NCBI RefSeq assembly: GCF_017875325.1 | Contig: NZ_JAGGMN010000001.1 | Location: 1,484,140 to 1,508,139 of the forward strand | Reading direction: 5' to 3' | Source: Methanofollis sp. W23 | Lineage (GTDB): Archaea; Halobacteriota; Methanomicrobia; Methanomicrobiales; Methanofollaceae | Length of the DNA stretch: 24,000 nt | Shown: one piece after another, positions 7,628 through 15,293 of the stretch | How the letters are laid out: every line of letters starts with the position of its first letter | How positions within the stretch are numbered: position 1 is the stretch's first letter | The notes under the pieces: generated by a model | Database searches by the model: none | What the model saw: only the letters and a program-made list of their open reading frames with translations | Told to the model about the DNA's origin: nothing | Translations under genes and position numbers: made by a program

Positions 7628-7803
7628 CCGAGATAGTCCCCCTCTTCGTCCTGGCAGCACCGGCGCGGTGGTCCCCGCTCCTGCCAGCACGACTCTGCTC
7701 TCTACTGCAGAGGACGACATATATGTCTTTCCTCGGTGTCAGGCATGGCGGCCGGAGAGTCGTCTTTTCTGCGGCACATTCTTCCCTGGTATTCCCATGC
7801 GCT

Positions 7804-8052
7804 TCAAAGGGTCGGGTGCGGGGTCAGGGTGAGGTGCTCCCACCGTACTTCGTTCTCCTTCTCGGCCATGATGAGAACCCGGGGTTCACCGATATTTTTC
7901 CGAGATATGAGGTGGAATATCAGATCATACAGGCGATGCAGGAAGGAAATGCATGGTATCTCCAGATAGATGTCGATATCATGCAGGGAGGAGTGCGGCG
8001 TAACGTGAAGGCCCTGTCTCAGGTCGGACGACGGCAACATTTTTAAATTCAT
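7804..8052 (-). CDS. Hypothetical small protein upstream of the pLGIC gene (ambiguous; an antisense ORF also exists)
   Basis: 82-aa ORF in an AT-richer patch. Hand-counted GC3 is ~68% for this frame versus ~58-61% for the overlapping plus ORF 7612..8046. ATG 8040 is an alternative start. No family recognised and no clear promoter. Confidence 0.3.
   Translation of the reverse strand: MNLKMLPSSDLRQGLHVTPHSSLHDIDIYLEIPCISFLHRLYDLIFHLISRKNIGEPRVLIMAEKENEVRWEHLTLTPHPTL
8040..8047 (+). promoter_or_regulatory. TATA-box-like element for the 8087 membrane-protein gene
   Basis: 'tttttaaa' lies ~40 nt upstream of ATG 8087. A G-rich SD-like run 'gggggggg' lies in between. Confidence 0.35.
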
Positions 8053-8086
8053 GGTGGATAGAGGCCGCGGTAGGGGGGGGAATGAA

Positions 8087-8386
8087 ATGATGGCAAAACG
8101 GACCGTGAAGGTGAAGCGTCTTGGGGTGGTCTCGGTCGGACTCTTCTTTGCCGTGCTGATGGCACTCTATGCACTGATCCTCGGGATCATGGTATTTTTA
8201 TTCGGGGACTTTGGCCAGGGGGCCGGGATGCTCCAGACCATCGGGACCGGGATCGCCGGGATCCTTATCAGCGTGATCTTCTTTGCGATCGGCGGGTTCA
8301 TCGGCGGGGCGATCGCTGCGCTCATCTACAACCTGGTCTTCGCGGCCACCGGCGGGATCGAGATCGACCTCGAGATGATGGATTAG
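8087..8386 (+). CDS. Small glycine-rich membrane protein (2 predicted TM helices)
   Basis: 'MMAKRTVKVKRLGVVSVGLFFAVLMALYALILGIMVFLF...GILISVIFFAIGGFIGGAIAALIYNLVF'. GC3 is very high, typical of real genes in this window. A G-run precedes the ATG, and a T5 run at 8402-8406 follows the stop. Confidence 0.75.
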   Translation: MMAKRTVKVKRLGVVSVGLFFAVLMALYALILGIMVFLFGDFGQGAGMLQTIGTGIAGILISVIFFAIGGFIGGAIAALIYNLVFAATGGIEIDLEMMD

Positions 8387-8525
8387 AATCATCTCATCTG
8401 ATTTTTCGAGACCCTCTCTCCAGAACTGAAGGGGGCGCACGATCTCGTATAGAGAGCGGTCAGAGGCGATCCTTCCCATGCGCTCCCCTCAAAAATGATA
8501 ATAGGCCCGAGTGTATACTAAATCT

Positions 8526-8717
8526 ATGAAACAACATCTCAACTCACTGCCCCTCACCCTCTCTCTCCTCGGGATCGCATGCGTCCTGCACTTCATCGGG
8601 AGCGAGTACTATTTCTTCGGTGCGGCACCGACCGGGTTCAGCATTGGGACGCTCGGTCTGATCATCGCCATGATGGGGGTGCTGCTCAGCGGCTACCTGG
8701 CATTGAAGGAAGAGTAA
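8526..8717 (+). CDS. Small membrane protein (2 predicted TM helices)
   Basis: 'MKQHLNSLPLTLSLLGIACVLHFIGSEYYFFGAAPTGFSIGTLGLIIAMMGVLLSGYLALKEE'. GC3 is high. The AT-rich 'aaaatgataata' at 8491-8503 lies upstream. The ORF track begins at GTG 8511; ATG 8526 is preferred. Confidence 0.6.
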   Translation: MKQHLNSLPLTLSLLGIACVLHFIGSEYYFFGAAPTGFSIGTLGLIIAMMGVLLSGYLALKEE

Positions 8718-8759
8718 ACTTTATTGTGACTGCTTCCTATCGACCGAAAATCCACATAC

Positions 8760-9045
8760 AGGGATGAGGGCGCCGGAGGAGTATGCCTCGTGAGTGTGAG
8801 ATGAGCGAGCCTGAAAAATTGCTCGTAAAAAGTTTTAGAGAGATCTCCTTGATGTTTCTCTGTGGCGGAAGCATGCCGCCCCTAATCGTAGAATTTTTCC
8901 TGGAATCTCGCACCGGGGAGAGACCCCCCGGACCCCCACGACAAAGATAACCGAGGGGGGCAATGAAGTGGTGGTCACTATGGTCTCCTGCCGTATGCGT
9001 GATCCAGGGGTTCATGCAAAATTCTACAGGAACGAAATTTTTGAG
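8760..9045 (-). repeat. Intergenic repeat family, locus R4 (inverted partial unit next to the tRNA-Glu 3' flank)
   Basis: rc(8884-8907) 'gattccaggaaaaattctacgatt' matches 21631-21654 at 23/24. rc(8959-8976) 'gaccaccacttcattgcc' is identical to 21563-21580. rc(8991-9016) 'catgaacccctggatcacgcatacgg' matches 21469-21494 at 22/26. Confidence 0.85.
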
Positions 9046-9071
9046 AAAATGAATTTACGAAATGATTGGTT

Positions 9072-9082
9072 TTGAAAAAGGG
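9072..9082 (-). terminator. Oligo-T tract downstream of tRNA-Glu
   Basis: The minus strand reads 'ccctttttcaaa'. The T5 run (plus-strand aaaaa at 9075-9079) lies 25 nt after the tRNA 3' end. Confidence 0.45.
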
Positions 9083-9103
9083 CATCTGGAATGTTGCCCG
9101 GAA

Positions 9104-9176
9104 TGCTGCCATGGGGATTCGAACCCCAGTCGTCGGCGTGAAAGGCCGACATGATTGGCCACTACACTATGGCAGC
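9104..9176 (-). tRNA. tRNA-Glu (anticodon UUC), CCA not encoded
   Basis: Minus strand: GCTGCCA-TA-GTGTAGTGGCCAATCATG-TCGGC-CTTTCAC-GCCGA-CGAC-TGGGG-TTCGAAT-CCCCA-TGGCAGC-A. It has a 7-bp acceptor stem, a 5-bp anticodon stem, the loop C-U-UUC-A-C, a T-arm with TTCGAAT, and discriminator A. Confidence 0.9.
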
Positions 9177-9191
9177 AGAAGTGCCATATTG

Positions 9192-9201
9192 TATATAAAA
9201 A
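9192..9201 (-). promoter_or_regulatory. TATA box for tRNA-Glu
   Basis: The minus strand reads 'tttttatata', centred ~21-26 nt upstream of the mature tRNA 5' end (9176). It stands out in GC-rich surroundings. Confidence 0.55.
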
Positions 9202-9315
9202 TCCTGGTACTTAAATTTTCGGGCGGTCACGGGGCACCGCCCCTCCACTCCTCCACAATCTTCAAATAATGGGATAGCCACAGACGCACGCGCACAAAAG
9301 GGGGGAGCAGAAGAG

Positions 9316-9699
9316 ATGAGTTTTGCAAGTCCGGTCACGATAGTCCACCCGCGGATTGTGGCCACCGAAAAGATCCTTGGCAGGAGAGTGAAGAACGCCC
9401 TCGGTGAAGACCTCGGCGAGATCCACCACCTGATGATAGACATGGGCTCGGGTTCGATCGTCTTTGCCGTCCTCTCCTCGGGCGGGATCATGGGCCTGGG
9501 AGAGAAATTGTATCCTGTACCCTGGCAGGCACTCACCGAAGAGGAGGACGACTTTCTCCTGAAGATGAGAAAGGAAACGATGGAAACGGCACCGAACTTC
9601 GACCACGGCCACTGGCCAAAGGCCGACGACCTCTCGTGGTTCGAACGGGTGTACCGGTTCTACGACTACAGTCCCCCCTGGGAGAGCGAGATCAAATAA
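9316..9699 (+). CDS. PRC-barrel domain protein
   Basis: 'ILGRRVKNALGEDLGEIHHLMIDMGSGSIVFAVLSSGGIMGLGEKLYPVPWQAL' fits the PRC-barrel pattern (G-x-V-x-x-x-x-G-x-x-[LI]-G-x-[IV]...G-x-[IV]...[LV]-P). An SD-like 'ggggggag' lies upstream of the ATG. Confidence 0.8.
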   Translation: MSFASPVTIVHPRIVATEKILGRRVKNALGEDLGEIHHLMIDMGSGSIVFAVLSSGGIMGLGEKLYPVPWQALTEEEDDFLLKMRKETMETAPNFDHGHWPKADDLSWFERVYRFYDYSPPWESEIK

Positions 9700-9704
9700 A
9701 GAGG

Positions 9705-10240
9705 GATCCCTGGACCGTCTGCACTCCCGGGCAAACGAAGATAACGCGAGAAGACCGGAGGTGCTGACGCTCTTGCTCCCCAGAGGGGAGATGACCCTTG
9801 ATTCCGTCTTCCTACCCAGACATCCATGCATTCATCCCTTCTCACGCCACCGCGCCGGGGTGCTGCCCCCGGACCCGAGGGACGGAGAGAGAGACGGGAA
9901 GGCAGAGCGATGATCATGACGATGGGATGCGATCCCCCGTCAATCATCATCAGCAGGGGTTCAGGGGGCGGCACACCCCACGGTGGGTAGGGTCCGGACA
10001 TTCAGGAACGAAAGACTTCAGTTCAAGACGATGGTCAAGCCTCAGGGAGTTCTGGGATCTGCTTTTTGTGTGAATGAGACTCAAACCCCCTTCCCATAGT
10101 CTCTCACCACGGGCTTTGCTCCAGGACTCCGCGGATGAAGAGAGGGCAGGACATGAAAGGCCAGGGGCGGCATCAACGCAGGGATACGCATCAAGAGAGG
10201 TCTTAACACAGCCCCTCAATCACCAGAAAAGAAGAACAAA
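9705..10240 (+). repeat. Intergenic repeat family, locus R5
   Basis: 9895-9938 'cgggaaggcagagcgatgatcatgacgatgggatgcgatccccc' matches 21739-21782 at 41/44. 9851-9878 'cgcgccggggtgctgcccccggacccga' is the A-module hairpin. 9990-10060 resembles the E module at 140-215. A degenerate second A-B copy lies at ~10095-10190. The 5' part (9705-9830) is only weakly similar. Confidence 0.75.
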
Positions 10241-10250
10241 AAGGGGACCC
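10227..10250 (-). terminator. Oligo-T tracts after the ilvE stop (end of the cfb-ilvE transcription unit)
   Basis: The minus strand after the stop (10253-10255) reads 'tcgggtcccctttttgttcttcttttct', with T5 and T4 runs within 25 nt. Confidence 0.45.
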
Positions 10251-10252
10251 GA

Positions 10253-11119
10253 TCAGTAGATCGGGGTGCCTTCCTTCGCGGTGATGGCGGAGAACCCGGC
10301 CATCAACTGCTTGGTGATCGGGCCGGGGGTACCGGTCCCGATGGTCCGGCCGTCGATGGTGACGATCGGGCCAAGTTCGGCCGCCGTGCCGGTGACAAAG
10401 ACCTCGTCGGCAGTATAGAGGTCGAAGTAGCCGACATCGCGCTCCATCACGGTGAGCCCGAGGGCCGCCGCCGCTTCGAGGACGACATGCCTGGTGACCC
10501 CACGCAGGTTGTTGAGGGTGTGCGGGGTGATGAGGACGCCATCTTTGACCAGGAAGAGGTTGTCGCCCGAGCCCTCGGTGATGTTGCCGTGGGTGTCGAG
10601 GAAGATTGCCTCGTCGCCGCCCTTGTAGTTGGCCTCGATCTTCGCAAGGATGTTGTTGAGATAGTTGAGGCTCTTGACATTCGGCGGGAGAGCGTCGGCG
10701 GCGTTTCTCCTGACCGAGACCGTGACGGCAGTAAGCCCCTTCACGTAGAGGTCGCCGTACATCGCGCCCCACCCGGCGGCGATGATGAAGACCGTCGGGG
10801 TGGCGCAACTCCTGGGGTCCAGGCCCATGTTGCCCTTGCCGCGGGTGACCACCGGCCTGATATAGGCGTCCTTGAGGTCGTTCCTGCGCAGGGTCTCAAG
10901 GAGCGCCTCCTTGAACTCCTCCTTGGAGAGGGGCACCTCAAGGTCGATCGTCTTGGCCGAGTCATAGAGCCGGTCAATGTGCTCGTCCAGTCTGAAGACC
11001 CGGCCATTGTATGCCCGGATCCCCTCAAAGACACCGTCACCGTACAGCAGGCCGTGGTCAAAGACTGAGACCTTCGCCTCCTCCTCGGGGACAAACTCAC
11101 CGTTGAGGTAAATGATCAT
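10253..11119 (-). CDS. ilvE: Branched-chain amino acid aminotransferase (class IV aminotransferase)
   Basis: '[58 protein letters not shown]...' is a textbook short-form IlvE N-terminus. 288 aa. It lies 34 nt downstream of cfbB on the same strand. Confidence 0.92.
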   Translation of the reverse strand: MIIYLNGEFVPEEEAKVSVFDHGLLYGDGVFEGIRAYNGRVFRLDEHIDRLYDSAKTIDLEVPLSKEEFKEALLETLRRNDLKDAYIRPVVTRGKGNMGLDPRSCATPTVFIIAAGWGAMYGDLYVKGLTAVTVSVRRNAADALPPNVKSLNYLNNILAKIEANYKGGDEAIFLDTHGNITEGSGDNLFLVKDGVLITPHTLNNLRGVTRHVVLEAAAALGLTVMERDVGYFDLYTADEVFVTGTAAELGPIVTIDGRTIGTGTPGPITKQLMAGFSAITAKEGTPIY

Positions 11120-11153
11120 GAATTATCTGTTGGCGCGATGTGGGTATAGAAGT

Positions 11154-12542
11154 TTATGGTTCGTTCCGCCGTTCCCTGCACCTGGCGACGAATCCACGGT
11201 ACAGGGCGGCGCTTGCCACCGGGTGGAGATGGGTGTAACTCGCGAGTACCTGGCCTCGGACCGCCCCGTCCTTCCTGCCGGCGATCCCGGTCCCTCTGGA
11301 GAGGCGGTAGGCATAGGTCGTCCCTTCGGCAAGGTCGACCTCAGAGTAATGGAACTCGTGCCCGCGGAACCCCCAGTCCCCGAAGGGACATGCCGGACCG
11401 GCACGCCCCTCGACATAGCCCAGGGTCCGGCGGCCCGGGATAGCGGCGTCGCCAGGGAGGACGCCGCACATCTCGTAGACCTCCTCGTGCTCCCGCCCCT
11501 GCCATCCTGATCGGAGGGTGAGACGGTCGGTGAGGTAGACGAGCCCGCCGCATTCGGCATAGATGGGGACGCCGTCTCCGGCCGCGGCACAGAGTCCTTC
11601 TCGCATCCGGAGATTTTTCTCAAGCCCTTCAGCATAGAGTTCAGGATACCCGCCGCCGAGAATATACCCGTCGGCCTCTGGGAACGAGTCGTGGATCGGG
11701 CTGAAAGGAACGACCTCGGCCCCGAGCGCCCCAAGGAGATCGAAGAGGTCGTGGTAGTAGAAGTTGAAGGCCTCGTCATAGGCGACCGCGACCCTGAGGT
11801 CTGGCGCCTCCTGCACCGGCGCAAAGATCTCCCTGACACGCCCCTGCGGGGTGTACTCGGTCATCAGTCCCTTCAGGGTGTCGAGGTCGATGTATGAGGC
11901 GACCACCTCCTTGATGGCCTCGACCCGTGCCAGGAACTCGTCGCCCTCCTGGCCCTCGCGGTACGGGACCAGCCCGAGGTGGCGCATCGCAAGCCGCATC
12001 CCCTCGTCTTTCGGGACCGCCCCGATCACCGGGAGCCCGCAGTAGTGTTCGATGGCTCTGGTTGTTTTGTCACGGTGACCTTCGGTCCTGATGTTGTTGA
12101 GGATGACGCCGGCGACCCTGACGTCGGGGTCGAATCCGGCATACCCGTTGACGATGGCGGCGGCGCTCCTGGTGATGCTCCTGGCGTCCACGACCAGGAC
12201 CACAGGAAGCCCGAGGGCCTTGGCGACCGAGGCGGTGCTGCCTGCATCGCCGGTGGCCTCGGCCCCCTCGAAGAGCCCCCGCACCCCTTCGACCAGGGCG
12301 AGGTCGGCGCCCTCCGCCCCGTGCTCGAAGACCCCCTGCATCTGGGCCGGAGACATCACATAGGAGTCCAGGTTCCGGCAGGGCCTGCCGGTGACCGCCG
12401 TGAGATATGACGGGTCGATGTAGTCCATCGCCACCTTGTAGGTCTGGACCGAGGCCTCCCGCGAGAGGAGAGCGGCGAGGGCGAGGGTAATGCTCGTCTT
12501 CCCGCTGCCAGACCGGTCGCCTGAGATGAGGAGGGCTTTCAT
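11154..12542 (-). CDS. cfbB: Ni-sirohydrochlorin a,c-diamide synthase (CbiA/CobB-family amidotransferase)
   Basis: 'MKALLISGDRSGSGKTSITLALAALL' is the CbiA-type P-loop. The C-terminal GATase-like part contains 'YAECGGLVYL'. 462 aa. The cfbB assignment (rather than cobamide cbiA) rests on clustering with the NflD-like, MurD-like and small CbiX genes. Confidence 0.85.
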   Translation of the reverse strand: MKALLISGDRSGSGKTSITLALAALLSREASVQTYKVAMDYIDPSYLTAVTGRPCRNLDSYVMSPAQMQGVFEHGAEGADLALVEGVRGLFEGAEATGDAGSTASVAKALGLPVVLVVDARSITRSAAAIVNGYAGFDPDVRVAGVILNNIRTEGHRDKTTRAIEHYCGLPVIGAVPKDEGMRLAMRHLGLVPYREGQEGDEFLARVEAIKEVVASYIDLDTLKGLMTEYTPQGRVREIFAPVQEAPDLRVAVAYDEAFNFYYHDLFDLLGALGAEVVPFSPIHDSFPEADGYILGGGYPELYAEGLEKNLRMREGLCAAAGDGVPIYAECGGLVYLTDRLTLRSGWQGREHEEVYEMCGVLPGDAAIPGRRTLGYVEGRAGPACPFGDWGFRGHEFHYSEVDLAEGTTYAYRLSRGTGIAGRKDGAVRGQVLASYTHLHPVASAALYRGFVARCRERRNEP

Positions 12543-12546
12543 CAGT

Positions 12547-13617
12547 TCACTCTCCGTTCATGCTCCGCAACACCGCGCCGAACTCGCTCTCCACGATCTC
12601 CCTCACTCCGAGAGTCTTGGGGTGGAGGTCGACCTCGACGACGACCATGGCATGGCCGATCGCCTTGAGGGGCGCGACCTGGCGCGGGCCGTTGGTGACC
12701 GAGATCGTCTCGATACCGTCGGTGTATTCTGGCGGGACGGCATGGGGCACCCCGACCAGGAAGGCGAAGTCTGGTTTGATCTCCTGGATCCGTTCGCCGA
12801 CGGCCTCGCCGTTCTCCCCATACTCGTCGAGGGCGCCGAGGAGTGCGGGGTCGATCCCCCGCTCTTTCATCCCGGCCAGGATACGAGCGGCGTCGGCCCG
12901 CACCTTGGGGAGGCCGCGGTCTTCGAGGTTGGCAAGATAGGTGATCTCGGCCTCAGGGCAGACCTCGTGGAGGGCGCAGAGTTCGTCGGCGAACATGTAC
13001 GCCGTCTCTTTCTTTGCATTGAGCACCGCGACCCCCTTCTTCCCGCTCCTCGCAAGGTCGAGGAGACGATGGGCGGCACGGTGCTTGAGGTCGCCCCGTG
13101 AAGGCTCGATGTACGGCTGCGAGGCCGCACCCCTGAGACGTTCCACCTGGTTTGCCGCGGCGAGGAGACGGCGCTGCCGTTCGAGTTCGTCCCCGGCGAT
13201 CCACCCGGCCCGTGCGGCGGGCTCGAGGACCGCAAGGACGCCGTCGATGTTCTCCCTGAACCCGGCATGGATCTCGACCCCGATGGTCGGGGTCTCCACC
13301 CCTGAGCCTTCGATGGCCGCCTCGATGTCCTCGCCGATGATCATCGAGACACAGGTCCCGATCACTGCCATCCGCGTCGGAGAGAACTCTGCCTCGGCGT
13401 ACCTGAGCACCCGCTCCAGAACACCCTGGCCACCGAAGATGAACTCGTTCTCGCCGAGCGAGGTGGTCAGGACCCGCATCCCGTCTTCTTCAAGGAGGCG
13501 GGCATGCTTGAACGAGCACCCCGACGGGCCGTGGAGGATGGCCACCTCCACTCCCAGGTCGCGGGCGGTGTACAGGGAGGCGACGATCGAACTTGGCCGT
13601 GGTTGTACGTATTCCAT
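12547..13617 (-). CDS. cfbD: Ni-sirohydrochlorin a,c-diamide reductive cyclase, NifD/K-like subunit (NflD)
   Basis: Nitrogenase component-1-like: 'VASLYTARDLGVEVAILHGPSGCSFKHARLLEEDGMRVLTTSLGENEFIFGG'. Start at ATG 13617 ('MEYVQPRPSS'), 1 nt after the cfbE stop. The ORF-track extension to 13656 overlaps cfbE. Confidence 0.85.
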   Translation of the reverse strand: MEYVQPRPSSIVASLYTARDLGVEVAILHGPSGCSFKHARLLEEDGMRVLTTSLGENEFIFGGQGVLERVLRYAEAEFSPTRMAVIGTCVSMIIGEDIEAAIEGSGVETPTIGVEIHAGFRENIDGVLAVLEPAARAGWIAGDELERQRRLLAAANQVERLRGAASQPYIEPSRGDLKHRAAHRLLDLARSGKKGVAVLNAKKETAYMFADELCALHEVCPEAEITYLANLEDRGLPKVRADAARILAGMKERGIDPALLGALDEYGENGEAVGERIQEIKPDFAFLVGVPHAVPPEYTDGIETISVTNGPRQVAPLKAIGHAMVVVEVDLHPKTLGVREIVESEFGAVLRSMNGE

Positions 13618-13618
13618 T

Positions 13619-14800
13619 CTATCTCCATGTCTTGACGGCAAGGACAATAGTCCCACCGTTGCTCATCTGCTCTGCTCTGCGGATCCCGTCCTCCAGGTCG
13701 GTGGCCGTCACGGCGTCGGGAGGGAGGTCGGCTGCATCGTAGTCGCCGACGACGACCAGGCGGTCTGGGCTGATCGCCGCCACCGCCGCCTGCACCTCCG
13801 CAGCCGGGAAGCCCTCGCAGATGGTCTGGCCTTCGGTCCCGATCACCAGGACAAGAGGGGCGCCGCCCCCCAGGGCCCTGGCGTACGCCGCGGCATCAAG
13901 GGCGACCTCGCGGCAGGCACCGCTGTTGGCGCAGTCGACGGTGAGGCCGCCAGCCTCACGCGAGACCGCCATCCTGCCTGGCAGGGGGGCGAAGGTCGCA
14001 AGCCCGGCCGGGTCGTACCCGAGCAGGCAGGCCGCGGCGGCGGCCAGGTGCAGCGGTGTCCGGTAGCCCCGCAGGGCAAGGAGGGGGTTCTCGAATGAAC
14101 CCTGCACTTTTCCGTACTGGTAGGTGCAGCGCGTCCCTTCGACGGCGGCGACCTCGTCGGCGACGACGCCGCCGGGCACACGCACCCCTTTGGGGACGAG
14201 CACCAGTGGCGCTGCCGCAAGGGAGCGGACCTTCTCGGTAAGAGCCCGCTTCTTCCCGGCGGCACAGGGATAGTCGTCGCCCGAGGTGAGGATAGCAAGG
14301 TCGCCTGCGCCAGAGACTCCAAGAGATTCTTCAGCGACGAGCCAGCCCTCGCACGCGACCGCCTCTTTTGCCGCGGGCAGGACCGAAGCAGGGGTGATCG
14401 AGCGTCTCCAGAGACGTTGACGCGCAGGAAAAAGAGAAGTTTCCATCGAGGTGTGAAGCACCCCACGGCCGCCGAGCACATGTGCCAGGGCCGTCGCCGT
14501 GGTAGTCTTCCCCCTCGCCCCTGTGACCTCGACCATCATCCTTGGGCGGCATGGGGCAAGGAGGCGGCGGACCGCCTCATGATGCGTGACGCACTCCGGC
14601 GCCCGCCCGAGCAGGGGATGATCGGGATCGAGATGGACCGGGGCGACGACCAGGTCATAGGACCGTCGCGCCGCCTCGGCAGCGGGGATCCCGCCCTCGC
14701 CGCGGTAGACATCCACCGCATCGACGGTGTGTCCGGCCTTCTCAAGCGCCCCCGCAATCTCGGTGCCGCCGTGGATCGTGTCGAGGACAAGAATTTTCAT
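13619..14800 (-). CDS. cfbE: Coenzyme F430 synthetase (Mur-ligase family)
   Basis: 'MKILVLDTIHGGTEIAGALEKAGHTVDAVDVYRG' followed by the Mur-ligase P-loop 'VTGARGKTTTATALAHVL'. 393 aa. Its start abuts the cfbA stop (14800/14801). Confidence 0.85.
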   Translation of the reverse strand: MKILVLDTIHGGTEIAGALEKAGHTVDAVDVYRGEGGIPAAEAARRSYDLVVAPVHLDPDHPLLGRAPECVTHHEAVRRLLAPCRPRMMVEVTGARGKTTTATALAHVLGGRGVLHTSMETSLFPARQRLWRRSITPASVLPAAKEAVACEGWLVAEESLGVSGAGDLAILTSGDDYPCAAGKKRALTEKVRSLAAAPLVLVPKGVRVPGGVVADEVAAVEGTRCTYQYGKVQGSFENPLLALRGYRTPLHLAAAAACLLGYDPAGLATFAPLPGRMAVSREAGGLTVDCANSGACREVALDAAAYARALGGGAPLVLVIGTEGQTICEGFPAAEVQAAVAAISPDRLVVVGDYDAADLPPDAVTATDLEDGIRRAEQMSNGGTIVLAVKTWR

Positions 14801-15205
14801 TCAGGCGTCTGCGTTGATTGCTTCCTCGGCGTTCTTGACCATCAGGTCGGCCAGGAGGGGGTCGGGCCCGATGGGGCCGGCATAGACCAGCGGGATCTCG
14901 CCGCCGTTGTGGGCAAAGGTGCCTCTGGTCCCGCCCTCAGGCAGGCCGAGAAGGGCCGGGATGTCCTTGAGGATGTGAACGCCCTTTGCAAGGAAGAGCG
15001 GGACGACGACGAGCATCTCGATATCATCGTCCTTGAAGAGGTTCAGGGCGTCCTCCACCGTCGGGGTGTTCATGGACATGAATCCTGGCCTGACAAGGTA
15101 TTCGGGGTGTTTTTCGGCGATATGGGCGGCGGTCTTCTCGATGAGTTCCTTGTTGTAGGAGAGTTTGCTGCCGTGTCCGACGAGTAGTAATCCCTTTCGT
15201 GACAT
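14801..15205 (-). CDS. cfbA: Sirohydrochlorin nickelochelatase (small CbiX-type chelatase)
   Basis: 'GLLLVGHGSKLSYNKELIEKTAAHIAEKH...MLVVVPLFLAKGVHILKDIPALLGL' is CbiX(S)-like. 134 aa. It is the first gene of the packed cfbA-E-D-B-ilvE string. Confidence 0.88.
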   Translation of the reverse strand: MSRKGLLLVGHGSKLSYNKELIEKTAAHIAEKHPEYLVRPGFMSMNTPTVEDALNLFKDDDIEMLVVVPLFLAKGVHILKDIPALLGLPEGGTRGTFAHNGGEIPLVYAGPIGPDPLLADLMVKNAEEAINADA

Positions 15206-15228
15206 ACACTATTGAGTACTACGTTCGT

Positions 15229-15240
15229 AGCATAAATGTA
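15229..15240 (-). promoter_or_regulatory. TATA-box-like element upstream of cfbA
   Basis: The minus strand reads 'tacatttatg' (plus-strand ataaa at 15233-15237), ~28-32 nt upstream of ATG 15205. This is compatible with a leaderless or very short-leader transcript. Confidence 0.4.
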
Positions 15241-15293
15241 TTACTGATTGGCTTTTCGGCCGCCCCTGGCGCAGTACATTTCAATACTCGGCT

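Noticed and set aside
7612-8046. Plus-strand 144-aa ORF (or 107 aa from ATG 7723) as the first gene of the 8087/8526 small-membrane-protein operon.
   Set aside because: Its 5' third is R/G-rich with low GC3 (~61%) in GC-rich DNA and overlaps the pLGIC start. The 8087 gene appears to have its own TATA at 8040-8047. It was kept only as an alternative to the equally uncertain minus ORF 7804..8052.
9222-9241. Small hairpin 'ggcggt-cacggggc-accgcc' between the tRNA-Glu promoter and the PRC-barrel gene, considered as a regulatory element.
   Set aside because: It has only a 6-bp stem with no adjacent T-run and no second copy, so it is indistinguishable from chance in GC-rich DNA.
9104-15205. A functional link between tRNA-Glu(UUC) and the nearby tetrapyrrole (F430) genes, since Glu-tRNA is the C5-pathway precursor.
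   Set aside because: The tRNA is ~6 kb away from the first cfb gene, has its own promoter and terminator, and is separated by unrelated genes. Nothing in the sequence supports co-regulation.
10253-15205. A search for a NifH-like cfbC (Walker A GKGGxGKS, ~265 aa) inside or next to the cfb cluster, including alternative frames.
   Set aside because: No such ORF or motif exists in any frame of the window, so cfbC is reported as absent from the window rather than mis-called.
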